Source: Coleofasciculus chthonoplastes F2-STO-03 (GTDB lineage: Bacteria > Cyanobacteriota > Cyanobacteriia > Cyanobacteriales > Coleofasciculaceae). Taken from it: a stretch of DNA of 64,000 nt. A program made the position numbers and the translations under genes. The stretch is from contig JAVJWO010000072.1 in NCBI GenBank assembly GCA_040222015.1, forward strand, positions 1-64,000. The letters run 5' to 3'. This document shows, piece after piece, positions 20,286 to 29,886 of the stretch (position 1 is the first letter of the stretch; each line of letters begins with the position of its first letter). The notes below the pieces were generated by a model. It was given only the letters and a program-made list of their open reading frames with translations. It ran no database searches and had not been told where the DNA came from.

Positions 20286-20852
20286 TTAAAAAGGAATATC
20301 ATCTAAATCTTTCTGGGTATCGGGAACCGGGGTAACGTTTGGCACAGTAGTCGGTTCATAAGTCGGCTGATCCATTGGCGATGAATAATCATAGTCCTGA
20401 TTTCTCGGTGCTGAGACAGGTGCCGGGGTTGGAGGGGTTGGGCGCGATCGCATGGGAACAACATTCTCGTGAGGCTTGGGTGATGATGGGATTGTTGTCG
20501 TCTGCATCGTTGGGGAAACGGTAGCTGTTTGTAGCCCCATGTCCGTATCTGCACCCAGTTTATGAACTCGATAAGTGGTTAATTCAGCCCGTTTTTCTTT
20601 AAATCCTTCGGGGCGCTCAATTGTATTCATACTCAGACGCCCTTCAAGGACTACAAGATCACCAACCCCATAGTTTTCCTTGATTTCTTGAGCCAAATTG
20701 CCCCAACCGACTACTTTGAGTGTTGAAGGTGGATCTTCGGATCGCACACTGGGAAACTGCACCAGCATTTGGGCAATAGGGGTTTGATTATCCGAGGTGT
20801 AACGCAGTTCTGGATCTTGAATAATTTGTGCCATCAAGACGCAGCTATTCAT
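20286..20852 (-). CDS. ssb: Single-stranded DNA-binding protein
   Basis: MNSCVLMAQI..PELRYT OB fold and acidic C-terminal DDIPF. Confidence 0.93.
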   Translation of the reverse strand: MNSCVLMAQIIQDPELRYTSDNQTPIAQMLVQFPSVRSEDPPSTLKVVGWGNLAQEIKENYGVGDLVVLEGRLSMNTIERPEGFKEKRAELTTYRVHKLGADTDMGLQTATVSPTMQTTTIPSSPKPHENVVPMRSRPTPPTPAPVSAPRNQDYDYSSPMDQPTYEPTTVPNVTPVPDTQKDLDDIPF

Positions 20853-21156
20853 CGTTAATATCTCCTGGCGCTTTAGGTAATAGATCTAGTCACTGATTGA
20901 CCGTGACTGCTAGTTGAGTCGCGCTTATGTTTGGGACAATTGGTCATTTAAAAAACCATATTAGCCCATTCTATCATCACTCTGATAGGAGCTATTGACT
21001 CTTTACCCAGCAGACTTATGTTGACCAACGAAAAAAGAGTCCGTTGCTATAACTCAACGGCTTCCTTCTTTAAGGTTAGAACAAAAGTACTATATTGTCA
21101 GGAGGGGAGAGAAAGTTTTGGCCCAACGTGCTTTCTCAAGGGAACCTGGAACAGTC

Positions 21157-23697
21157 TTAGACAGTCGATTCAGCTTTGGGCAGTTCTAACCCTTGCTCTT
21201 GTTCAATGAACTCTTGCACATAGGTGCGATATTTTCTCAGATTTGCATCGACCCAATCCCGATCATCGCTGTTGGCAAAGACATGGACTAGCGGTTCTCC
21301 AGCATCCGGCAAAATCAATACCCAACTGTCTGTGTACCGATCCACAATTTTAACCCCATCAATGAGTTCTAAGTCGTCATTAGCATGGGTTTCGACTAAG
21401 TGGCGCATTAATGCCCCTTTCACCGTCCAAGGACAGCGCATGGTATAGATTTTGTGGCAAACCCGAGGCAATTCGCTGCGAATCTGACCTAAGGATCGCT
21501 CTTGAATCGTCAACATCTCAATCAACTTGGCGATGCAGAACATGGCATCAAATCCGGGATGGAGTTGGGGGAAAATAAAGCCCATTTCCTCAGAACCACC
21601 CAATATCACATTAGGATTAGTTTGAGACGCTTCCATCAACGCCGCCGGATTCGCTTTAGTACGAATCACTCGACCATCATGACGACGGGCGATTTGTTCC
21701 ACAGCACCGGAGGTATGAACCGGAACCACTACGGTACTGCGAGGATGAGCCGTCAGCATCACGCTAACCATCAGCGCGGTTAGGGTTTCCCCCCGCACGG
21801 GCATTCCGGATTCATCCACTAAAATGAGTTGTTCCCCATTCGCGGACACCTGCACACCAAAATTACCTTTAAGGGCTTCAACCACTTGACCGAGTTGGGT
21901 GAGCAATCCTTCTCGTTCATCGGCGGACAGGGACATTTGATGTAAGCTGGCATTTAGGACAACTGCATCACAGCCAAATTTTGTCAATAAGACAGGGAGA
22001 ACCGCCCCAGATACTGCATAGGCATAATCAATCACTAATTTCGCGCCACTATTGCGAATCGCTTGCACATTTAAATGCCGCTCAAAGCCGACGCTATAGA
22101 GATCAAGTAATTGACTGGGATAGTTAACATTACCGATTTCTGGAATTGGCGATCGGCGCAAGTCTTCTTTGAAGTAAGCCCCTTCAATTTTCTTCTCCTT
22201 CGCCTTGGAGATATTGATGCCGTGGGAATCAAAAATTTCAATCAGAATATAGTCGGGGCGATCGGGGTGTACCCGGGCATGAATCCCCCCGGTAACGGCT
22301 AGGGTGGGTACAACTAAACGAGCAATGGGGATGGCTGTATCTTCCAAATTCTGGACGTGAACCCCCACAGACATCAACCCGGCAATTAGCGATCGCGATA
22401 CCATGCGAGAGATACTGCGCTGGTCACGAGAAACGGTGACTTGAGACCCCGCTTTTAAGGTTGATCCGTAAGCTGCACCCAATTTGACGGCAAACTCTGG
22501 CGTAATATCAATATTCGCCAAGCCTTGAACGCCGCGCTGACCAAAAAGATTCCGTTGCGCTGTATTTCCCCAAATCAGGTTCATGTTTAACATGGCACCC
22601 GATTCAATTTTCTTGCTGGGCCAAACCCTCACACTGGGGCTAATTTGCGCTTCTTCTCCCACGGTGGACAAAGCACCCACAACCGCACCTTCTAAGACAT
22701 GGGCACGACGATCCACCCGGGTTCCTCGGCAAATGACACAAGCCCGCAGATGGACTTCATCGCCAATAATTGAACCATTCCAGAGAATCGGACGCTTCAG
22801 GTCAGCGTAAGCCCCAACGGTGACATTATCCCCAATGACGGTTCCTGCCTCAATATTCACCCCTGGACCAATGCGACAATTACTGCCAATCAGGGCTGGG
22901 GTTTCGATTTTAGCCGTAGGATCAATGGATGTATTTTGTCCCACCCATAGTCCTGATCTCTGTTCTTCGTAGGCAAAGTCAATCTCTACTTTTCTATCTA
23001 AGGCATCGTAATGGGATTCGCGGTAAGCATCCAGGTGTCCCACATCACACCAATATCCATCCGCGACAAAGCCATACATGGGTTCCCCTTTTTCTAGGAG
23101 TAGGGGAAACAGGTCTTTAGAAAAGTCAGATTCTGTGTTTTCGGGCAGGTAATCTAGGACAGAGGGTTCTAAGATGTAAGTCCCGGTGTTTACTGTATCT
23201 GAGAAAATCTCACTGGTTGAGGGTTTTTCTAAAAAGCGGCGAATCCGCATTTGCTCATCGGTAATCACTACGCCGAATTCCACGGGATTGGGGACGCGGT
23301 AGAGAACAATGGTGGCTTTCGAGTTACGGCTTTTGTGGAATTCAATGGCGGCTTGCAAATCGAAGTCGGTGATGCTGTCACCACTGATGACGATGAAGGT
23401 ATCATCAAGTAATTCGGCAATGTTTTTCACGCATCCGGCAGTACCTAGGGGTTGGTCTTCTTCAACGGCATAAGTCATTTGTACACCAAAGTCACTACCA
23501 TCTTGGAAATAATCCCGCATCACATCGGGGAGGTAGTAAAGTGTAGCAATGACTTCGGTGATGTTATGGCGTTTGAGTAGGTTGATAATGTGTTCGGCGA
23601 TCGGTCGATTGAGTACCGGCACCATGGGTTTGGGCAGATCACAGGTTAGTGGTCTCAAACGTGTTCCCGAACCGCCTGCCATCAGCACTGCTCGCAT
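21157..23697 (-). CDS. Mannose-1-phosphate guanylyltransferase / phosphomannomutase-like fusion
   Basis: [17 protein letters not shown] nucleotidyltransferase, hexapeptide repeats and a C-terminal PGM/PMM-like region. Confidence 0.93.
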   Translation of the reverse strand: MRAVLMAGGSGTRLRPLTCDLPKPMVPVLNRPIAEHIINLLKRHNITEVIATLYYLPDVMRDYFQDGSDFGVQMTYAVEEDQPLGTAGCVKNIAELLDDTFIVISGDSITDFDLQAAIEFHKSRNSKATIVLYRVPNPVEFGVVITDEQMRIRRFLEKPSTSEIFSDTVNTGTYILEPSVLDYLPENTESDFSKDLFPLLLEKGEPMYGFVADGYWCDVGHLDAYRESHYDALDRKVEIDFAYEEQRSGLWVGQNTSIDPTAKIETPALIGSNCRIGPGVNIEAGTVIGDNVTVGAYADLKRPILWNGSIIGDEVHLRACVICRGTRVDRRAHVLEGAVVGALSTVGEEAQISPSVRVWPSKKIESGAMLNMNLIWGNTAQRNLFGQRGVQGLANIDITPEFAVKLGAAYGSTLKAGSQVTVSRDQRSISRMVSRSLIAGLMSVGVHVQNLEDTAIPIARLVVPTLAVTGGIHARVHPDRPDYILIEIFDSHGINISKAKEKKIEGAYFKEDLRRSPIPEIGNVNYPSQLLDLYSVGFERHLNVQAIRNSGAKLVIDYAYAVSGAVLPVLLTKFGCDAVVLNASLHQMSLSADEREGLLTQLGQVVEALKGNFGVQVSANGEQLILVDESGMPVRGETLTALMVSVMLTAHPRSTVVVPVHTSGAVEQIARRHDGRVIRTKANPAALMEASQTNPNVILGGSEEMGFIFPQLHPGFDAMFCIAKLIEMLTIQERSLGQIRSELPRVCHKIYTMRCPWTVKGALMRHLVETHANDDLELIDGVKIVDRYTDSWVLILPDAGEPLVHVFANSDDRDWVDANLRKYRTYVQEFIEQEQGLELPKAESTV

Positions 23698-23780
23698 AAG
23701 TCCTCCTAAAAATTTTTGGCTTCACGGTGTTTGAACCGTATATTTTTCTATTTATTGTCTCGTTTAACTAAGCTAGCAAG

Positions 23781-23870
23781 TTGACATCCTCACCGCCTAC
23801 AAGGAAGGTGATTCCCAAAAGCGTCAAACAGCGATAGCTGAATGTACTTTCGGTGGGGTCATGCTACAAC
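23781..23870 (-). mobile_element. Orphan IS200/IS605-type right end (no tnpA/tnpB ORF)
   Basis: Minus strand reads GGAATCACCTTCCTTGTAGGCGGTGAGGATGTCAA, the same GAATC-hairpin-TGTCAA layout as 159-194. Confidence 0.65.
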
Positions 23871-24153
23871 TGAACCATAGATGGATGGATGAATAGGTAG
23901 ACTAGAACTGAACTTAATGCTACTTTGACTTGTATCCGGGATCAATTCTACCTAGGACTGAAATGTTGAATTAAAAAAGCTGAAAGCTTTATTTTACAAT
24001 TAATTCAAGGATTCGTATATCTCCAGATATAACCGGAGACGTTTTGGGAGAGTTGGTCTAAAATGAGTGAATTAGTAGGTTCGCTTTTGCTCGGCTGAGG
24101 CTTTGCGGTCGGTGTGAAACAGTCCCTGATTCGGTTTCTTGGGGGTTAATTGG

Positions 24154-24348
24154 ATGAAAGTATTAGTTTTGCTTCTCGTGTTGGGAATTTATGGCTACGG
24201 CGCTTGGAAGTTCTGGACGGGGTTCAATCGGACGAACTTCTCCCGTGGCTTGCCTAACCGGATTTATTTGTCTCTGTTGTGGCCCGCTTTAATTGTGGCA
24301 AATAAGTCTTATCGGAAAAACTTTACCAAAGCGCTGAAAGGTCGGTAG
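24154..24348 (+). CDS. Small membrane protein
   Basis: Two hydrophobic segments; ends 3 nt before the cobK start. Confidence 0.7.
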   Translation: MKVLVLLLVLGIYGYGAWKFWTGFNRTNFSRGLPNRIYLSLLWPALIVANKSYRKNFTKALKGR

Positions 24349-24351
24349 GTA

Positions 24352-25278
24352 ATGCCTGCGAGTCAACGGCGTCTGTGGCTGATTGGTGGAACAAGTGAGA
24401 GTGTACAGTTAGCAGAGGCGATCGCGTCTGTAGATCTACCTTATCTGGTTACGGTGACAACAGCCGCAGCCAAGTCACTTTATCCTCAAACGCCAAATTT
24501 ACAGATACAAGTGGGGCGCTTGAATGGGAAGCAGATTGAGCAGCTTTGTCAACAGCAGCCTATTACAGCCATACTTGATGCCTCTCATCCCTATGCGGTG
24601 GAAATTTCCCGAATTGCGATCGCGACGGCACAACGTTTCCAAATTCCCTACCTGCGTTTTGAACGTCCTAGGGTTGAGGGAGATGGGGGAGATGAGGGCG
24701 GGTTTAGTAACATCAGGGTGACAACAACCGAGAATAGTGAAACCCGCCCCTACAAATCGGTCAGGGCGGGTTTTGAACAAACGTTATCATCAACAGCGAA
24801 ACCAAATTCCCTAAACCCGCCCCTACAGAGGAATAATCAACCTGCGGTAATTACCTTAGACAGCTTTGAAACCTTGGTGGCGGGTGACTATTTAAATCAA
24901 CAACGGGTACTATTAACCGTTGGGTATAAAGTTTTATCCTTATTTCAAGACTGGCAAGCGCGATCGACTCTATTTGCCCGGATTCTTCCCGGGGTTACGT
25001 CTCTAGAGGCGGTTATAGCAGCAGGATTTAGTCGCGATCGCATTATAGCCCTACGCCCCCCTGTACCCGTTGAATTGGAAATGGCACTCTGGCGTCACTG
25101 GGATATTTCACTGGTGGTGACTAAGGCGTCTGGGGTAGCTGGGGGAGAGACGACGAAGCGACAAGTGGCGGCGCAGTTGGGAATTCCATTACTTGTCATT
25201 GATCGTCCGGTGGTAACGTATCCACAACAAACCAGTGATGTCGCTGTAGCGTTGGAGTTTTGCCAGAGATATTTATGA
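24352..25278 (+). CDS. cobK: Precorrin-6A/cobalt-precorrin-6A reductase with in-frame repeat insertion
   Basis: LIGGTSE, LDASHPYA, YLRFERP and LVVTKASG motifs; about 45-50 extra residues from repeats at 24681-24826. Confidence 0.93.
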   Translation: MPASQRRLWLIGGTSESVQLAEAIASVDLPYLVTVTTAAAKSLYPQTPNLQIQVGRLNGKQIEQLCQQQPITAILDASHPYAVEISRIAIATAQRFQIPYLRFERPRVEGDGGDEGGFSNIRVTTTENSETRPYKSVRAGFEQTLSSTAKPNSLNPPLQRNNQPAVITLDSFETLVAGDYLNQQRVLLTVGYKVLSLFQDWQARSTLFARILPGVTSLEAVIAAGFSRDRIIALRPPVPVELEMALWRHWDISLVVTKASGVAGGETTKRQVAAQLGIPLLVIDRPVVTYPQQTSDVAVALEFCQRYL

Positions 25279-25371
25279 ATGAGCGAAACATAGACCTGAA
25301 TCCTTACAATTGGATATTAGTATGTTCAGAAACAGAAATGACCGTGATGTTGACCTCAGTGGTGCCCCCTA

Positions 25372-25875
25372 TCACCCTGTTGCTTTAATCCAATTGTTCA
25401 GCCGGGTAAAAATGGATTGAGTCAACTGATTAAACTGTTGCTGGCGATACCACTTTTGAAACGCTTTCTCATAAGCGTCTCCTTGAAGTTGATAAGTATT
25501 CCACGTCTTCAAACCCAGTCCGGCTCCCCAAAACAAGAGAATATACAACGCCCAGGAAAGCTGACCAGCACTGAGCAAATTAATCACAACTAAAAAGCTA
25601 TTAACGATAATATATTTGCCAAACCGCTGCTTTAATTGGCTGCGTCGATAGTGTTCAAACTCCTGGCGCTTGTACTGCTGTTGTTGCTGAAGCCGCCATT
25701 CCTGTTCCGCTAGTTGGAGGTTCGCTGGCGAGATTCCCAATTCAGCTGCAATTTCTACAAGCTGCGTCCGGGAAAACTCACCGCCATTGGCTTGACGGAC
25801 GATCGCGAGATTCAGGATTTGCTGGAGTTCTTCTTGGTGATAAGACTGGATAGTGGTGTGTTCAGAAACAGACAT
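25372..25875 (-). CDS. 2TM domain-containing protein
   Basis: YIIVNSFLVVINLL..WALYILLFWGAGL pattern. Confidence 0.8.
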   Translation of the reverse strand: MSVSEHTTIQSYHQEELQQILNLAIVRQANGGEFSRTQLVEIAAELGISPANLQLAEQEWRLQQQQQYKRQEFEHYRRSQLKQRFGKYIIVNSFLVVINLLSAGQLSWALYILLFWGAGLGLKTWNTYQLQGDAYEKAFQKWYRQQQFNQLTQSIFTRLNNWIKATG

Positions 25876-26143
25876 GACCTATATTAAGAGTATGAGTGAG
25901 CTGAAGATGAAAACAACAAATAGTGGCACATTGAGGTTGTCCTTCCTCTATTATTATCAACGACACCTAGACAGACAGCACAGACTGGCGGATGTTCACA
26001 ACCGAACCCCTAGGGTCGGATTTTACGAAAAATAATAGTGGAACGGAAGTTTTACATTTCGTTACGATAGATTCAGACCCCAAGGAGGACACTATAACAA
26101 CTATAAAAACGTTTTCTTTGACAGTAGATTTGAGGTAATTCGT

Positions 26144-27265
26144 ATGAACGGTAGTATTCGTGTTGGTAATTTATTGGGGATTCCCTTTTATGTAAATCCC
26201 TCCTGGTTTTTAGTTCTAGCTTTGGTCACCTTTGAGTTTGGGGGGTATCTCGGCGGGTTTGCCGGATTGACAGGTCTTTTACCCTGGGTGCTAGGATTCG
26301 TGGGTGCGCTGTTGCTATTTGCTTCGGTTTTAGCCCATGAATTGGGGCATAGTTTAGTCGCCATTCGCCAGGGCATTGAGGTGAAATCGATTACCCTGTT
26401 TCTCTTTGGGGGTCTAGCCAGCTTAGAAAAGGAATCTCAAACGCCAGCCGACGCATTCTGGGTCGCGATCGCGGGTCCTTTAGTTAGTTTAGCCCTTTTT
26501 GCCCTATTTACGGGTATCGGCGTGAGCAGCGGCGTCTCTGGTCCCTTGGCAGCCATTCTCAGTTTACTGGCTTCGATCAATTTAGTCTTAGCCCTGTTCA
26601 ACCTGATTCCTGGCTTACCTTTAGATGGTGGCAATATCCTCAAGTCCGTGGTTTGGAAAATCACCGGGAATCCCTATCGAGGTGTTGTTTTTGCCAGCCG
26701 GGTTGGTCAGGTTGTAGGATGGATGGGAATCAGCATCGGTATCCTTTCTGTCTTGGGACTGAGTAATTTTGGTAGTATCTGGACGCTATTAATTGGGGTA
26801 TTCCTGCTGCAAAATGCGGGTATGTCGGCGCAATCAGCCACCCTACAAGAAAAACTTCAGGATCTCAAAGCTGAAGATGCGGTAATTCCAGAGAGTCCAA
26901 TTATCTCGGCTGATCTGTCGCTGCGGGAATTTGCCAACAACTACATTATTGGCAAAAAAGAATGGCGCAAGTTCTTGGTGACTGATGAACAGGGACAATT
27001 GATCGGTGCGATCGCGGTTGATGATCTCAAAACTGTCCCCACCTCGAACTGGACAACGACTCTAGTCAGCGAACTGATCCAGCCTGTAGATTTGGATGCG
27101 ATCGTCAAATCCGATCAGTCTCTGTTAGAAGTGATTACGCTGCTGGAACAAGGCAAATTTACTCAATTGCCTGTGGTGCGCGAAAATGGAGTCCTGGTTG
27201 GACTATTGGAAAAGGCATCAATTGTTAGTCTCCTAGAGAAGCGAACTCAAACCAATCCCGCTTAA
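26144..27265 (+). CDS. Site-2 protease (M50) with CBS domains
   Basis: HELGH and NLIPGLPLDGG motifs with a C-terminal CBS pair. Confidence 0.95.
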   Translation: MNGSIRVGNLLGIPFYVNPSWFLVLALVTFEFGGYLGGFAGLTGLLPWVLGFVGALLLFASVLAHELGHSLVAIRQGIEVKSITLFLFGGLASLEKESQTPADAFWVAIAGPLVSLALFALFTGIGVSSGVSGPLAAILSLLASINLVLALFNLIPGLPLDGGNILKSVVWKITGNPYRGVVFASRVGQVVGWMGISIGILSVLGLSNFGSIWTLLIGVFLLQNAGMSAQSATLQEKLQDLKAEDAVIPESPIISADLSLREFANNYIIGKKEWRKFLVTDEQGQLIGAIAVDDLKTVPTSNWTTTLVSELIQPVDLDAIVKSDQSLLEVITLLEQGKFTQLPVVRENGVLVGLLEKASIVSLLEKRTQTNPA

Positions 27266-27300
27266 ACCTATTGGCGTCACTGAAATTAAAGACTTAAGCT

Positions 27301-27329
27301 TGATCCCTCGACTAAAGTTCGGGGGATTT
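27301..27329 (+). terminator. Stem-loop after the M50 protease gene
   Basis: ATCCCTCGA..TCGGGGAT followed by T's. Confidence 0.55.
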
Positions 27330-27605
27330 ATCGTAAAAGGCGACAAGGCTACAAGGCACAAGGGCAGAAGGTAGAAGGTTTATTACGGGTACGTGGCATT
27401 TGGGTTGTCAAGAAAGTCCTAACCTTTATAGCGACAGCTATATAATATTATTGGCATCGTTTCGTAAAAGAAACACCATTGGTTCTCTTGTAGGGGCGAC
27501 CCGCTGGCATCAATTAATAACGGTAGTCTACTAAGTTTTTCGGGTCGCCCTCTACTCAAACCCTCGTTTTGTAAAAGGTGTATTAGGAGGTTAAAGAGTG
27601 ATTCA

Positions 27606-28649
27606 GTGAAAACAAAACTTAAGCGATTAATCTTTTGGTCACGAAAGTTCTCAGTTCATTTCGTCGCTTATTTTTGGAAGTTACCCACTTGGTCTGTTGT
27701 TTTCGGCGCAACGGTTCTAGTTATCACTGTTATCTTGATAACGGATGAAACCTCTAAATTATATAAAATCATAAATAATGTCGAAGCGATTAGTATTTTT
27801 GCGGCGGTTGTTTTATTTTTAAAAGAAACGCCGAATCGAAAGAAACAATTCTATTACCAAGCTTGGCGCACAATAGACGCTGCCCATGGACGACAAACTA
27901 GCTATGCCCGGGTTCAAGCCCTGCAAGATTTGAATGAAGAGGGGGTGAGTTTGAGAGGACTTAATGTTCCGGGCACTAATTTACAACGGATTAATTTACC
28001 GAAAGCATTTCTCTATGAAGCTAACTTACAAGAAGCTAATTTAATTACCGCTGATCTGAGTAACAGTCACCTGGATAAAGCGAAACTGAATAAAGCGAAA
28101 CTGAATTCTGCAAAACTAACAGACGCTTGCTTGATTGCGACGGATTTGAGTGAAGCGGATCTAAGTGAAGTTAACTTGAAAGGGGCTGATTTGATTGATG
28201 CAAACCTGAACCATGCGAATCTTATTGGTGCGAATTTAAGGGGGGCTGATTTGAGTCGAGCAGATTTGAGTCATGCTAATCTGAGTCGAACAGATTTGAG
28301 TCAAGCTGATTTTATGGATACTAACCTAAGTGATGCTGACTTGAGTGGAGCGAATCTGAGTCATGCTGACTTTAATAATGCGGATTTGAGTGATGCGGAT
28401 TTGAGTGGGGCTAATCTGAGAAATACTGATTTTACCGATGCTAATTTAAGTGGTGCTAACTTAAGCGGGGCGGATTTGAGGGGGGCGGATTTGAGTGATG
28501 CGGATTTGAGTGATGCGAATCTGAGTGATGCGAATCTGAGTCAAGTTGATCTCAGCAACGCTTATCTTGATGGGGCTAATTTCCCCCCCACTCCCTTAAA
28601 AAAAAACGAGACTATTGTCTATAATCCAGACGCTAGAAAAAAGGTTTAA
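27606..28649 (+). CDS. Pentapeptide repeat protein with N-terminal membrane segments
   Basis: Long A(D/N)LS repeats after two hydrophobic helices. Confidence 0.92.
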   Translation: MKTKLKRLIFWSRKFSVHFVAYFWKLPTWSVVFGATVLVITVILITDETSKLYKIINNVEAISIFAAVVLFLKETPNRKKQFYYQAWRTIDAAHGRQTSYARVQALQDLNEEGVSLRGLNVPGTNLQRINLPKAFLYEANLQEANLITADLSNSHLDKAKLNKAKLNSAKLTDACLIATDLSEADLSEVNLKGADLIDANLNHANLIGANLRGADLSRADLSHANLSRTDLSQADFMDTNLSDADLSGANLSHADFNNADLSDADLSGANLRNTDFTDANLSGANLSGADLRGADLSDADLSDANLSDANLSQVDLSNAYLDGANFPPTPLKKNETIVYNPDARKKV

Positions 28650-28814
28650 AACGGGTAAATTCAAATAAAAATGTAGGGGCACGGCATTGCCGTGCCCAGG
28701 TAGCTCTACCCCACCCTAACCCTCCCCTGATCAAGGGGAGGGAACATAAGGGGGGTTATTAAGATTTGTTTGTGGCATCACTCTTGTTTGTTCCCAGATC
28801 CGAGAAGGGAATGC

Positions 28815-29441
28815 CTATCTTGAGACTTTGCCTCCCTTTTCGAGCGATCGCAGCAATCGAATCAAACTTATTCCAGTTAACCCTGCAACTAACATCCACG
28901 TTACCCCTAAACCCAGAACTTCGCTGAGAAACATCTGGGTAAAGCGGCGCAAAAGTCCACCGACAATCCAACCTACGGCTAAACTAATTGACCAGTATAG
29001 ACTATTGGCAAAAATCCATCCCCAAGCTTTGCTAACATACTGTCTCAGAACCCACCATTGCGCCATTCCCAGGATTAGCCCCAAGGTTGCGCCATCGACG
29101 ACTCCATAAACCAACCGAGGGAAAAGACGCATCGTTCGGGGAGCAAACCAACCGATGACTCCAAAGGAACTCAACCCCATGACTCCCCAACCGAGGAAAC
29201 TTACAATAATCCACCACCAGGCGGCGGAAAGGTGTCGTCTCAAGACTAGCCATTGGGCGAATCCGATTATCGTCCCACCGATGATTCCCTCAATTATACC
29301 GATATCCGGTCTTTCTCCGATCTCAATCCAAAATAGACTTGCCACAAAACCTAATAGTGTCACCAATAGCCACTGTAAACAGAAGCTACCGCTAGTTTCG
29401 ATGGGTTTGATTGGGGATTGATAGTTGATGGTTACAGGCAC
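28815..29441 (-). CDS. Hypothetical multi-pass membrane protein
   Basis: Repeated G..QW.VLR motif with several TM segments. Confidence 0.75.
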   Translation of the reverse strand: MPVTINYQSPIKPIETSGSFCLQWLLVTLLGFVASLFWIEIGERPDIGIIEGIIGGTIIGFAQWLVLRRHLSAAWWWIIVSFLGWGVMGLSSFGVIGWFAPRTMRLFPRLVYGVVDGATLGLILGMAQWWVLRQYVSKAWGWIFANSLYWSISLAVGWIVGGLLRRFTQMFLSEVLGLGVTWMLVAGLTGISLIRLLRSLEKGGKVSR

Positions 29442-29644
29442 GCTGATTCTAGAACTTAAGAATAGTTTAATCGATAATTTGCCAAATTTAACGGAATAAA
29501 TTTTAACCCGCCTGGGTAATTGAGAGGGGAGATTTTGTTGTCCGGTTTAGCGTGCGATCGCGCTCGAATTATTCGGTTAATTTTATGATCGAATTTGGCG
29601 TTAATCTATCCATCTCAGGAATTACGAAAGCCTCTATCTGTCTG

Positions 29645-29752
29645 TAGTGGGCTGACCCACCTAAAATGGTGAATTAGAATTGTAGGGGCGCACGGCGTGC
29701 GCCCATTCTAATAGTAAAATCTATTGCACAATTTTAGCTGGGTCACGCCGCC
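29645..29752 (-). mobile_element. About 108-bp MITE-like composite carrying a GGGCGCACG REP
   Basis: Reverse complement of the units at 37579-37841; partial copies at about 4476, 12281 and 16019. Confidence 0.7.
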
Positions 29753-29886
29753 ATCGTGCGTTACGCTTCGCTCTCCCCACCCTTCTCTCTATAGATGGTG
29801 TAGCTGCGTAAGTCCCCAAGCATTGCCAATTGAAGTGAAGATTGAGTATAATCAGGCAATTGCTCAGAAAAATCGGAGCAGTTTCC

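Noticed and set aside
27960..28580. DNA repeats in the pentapeptide gene as a diversity-generating retroelement or array
   Set aside because: Explained by protein repeat coding; no reverse transcriptase is in the window.
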